Of a stretch of 6,442 nt of DNA, positions 6,424 to 6,442 are shown piece after piece (position 1 is the first letter of the stretch; the number at the start of each line of letters is the position of its first letter). The translations under genes were made by a program, and so were the position numbers. The notes below the pieces were generated by a model that searched no databases, was not told the origin of the DNA, and saw only the letters and a program-made list of their open reading frames with translations. Where the stretch lies: positions 1-6,442 of the forward strand of contig MTSL01000185.1 in assembly GCA_002794465.1 (NCBI GenBank), given 5' to 3'. This DNA is from Paramicrosporidium saccamoebae KSL3 (lineage: Eukaryota; Fungi; Cryptomycota).

Positions 6424-6442
6424 CCCCCTCCCCCCCCCCCCC
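6424..6442. repeat. Poly-C tract running to the window end
   Basis: C5-T-C13 directly visible and cut off by the edge. This is typical of a contig break at a homopolymer. Confidence 0.85.

Noticed and set aside
6187-6425. Possible tRNA, snRNA or vector polylinker in the 3' tail (BamHI, SrfI and AscI-type palindromes)
   Set aside because: No cloverleaf, T-loop or snRNA signature was found, and there is no match to any adapter or vector sequence I recognise.

Overview
Gene-dense eukaryotic DNA, most likely fungal or opisthosporidian. It has tiny GT-AG introns and intergenic gaps of only 38-212 nt; this suggests a compact rozellid or early-microsporidian-type genome, but that is inference. Left part (1-2066, + strand): three tandem orphan genes for Ser/Thr-rich proteins. 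The first is 5'-truncated, the other two have clear signal peptides, and the third ends in 45-nt Pro/Ala/Lys/Val tandem repeats. Right part: three conserved genes. MPS1/TTK kinase (+, 2164-4099) has a 28-nt intron that joins an N-terminal TPR-like exon to the kinase frame. A MYST histone acetyltransferase (-, 5330-4209) follows. GID8/TWA1 (+, 5369-6186) has a 32-nt intron that supplies the missing start. The bacterial-style ORF track misses both spliced starts. The main points of interest are the orphan secreted-protein cluster, the shared architecture of the two tiny introns (TTAAT-NNN-AG, with the branch-point TAA as the in-frame stop on retention), and a 38-nt divergent spacer containing a perfect inverted repeat. 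No rRNA, tRNA, CRISPR array or mobile element was recognised.
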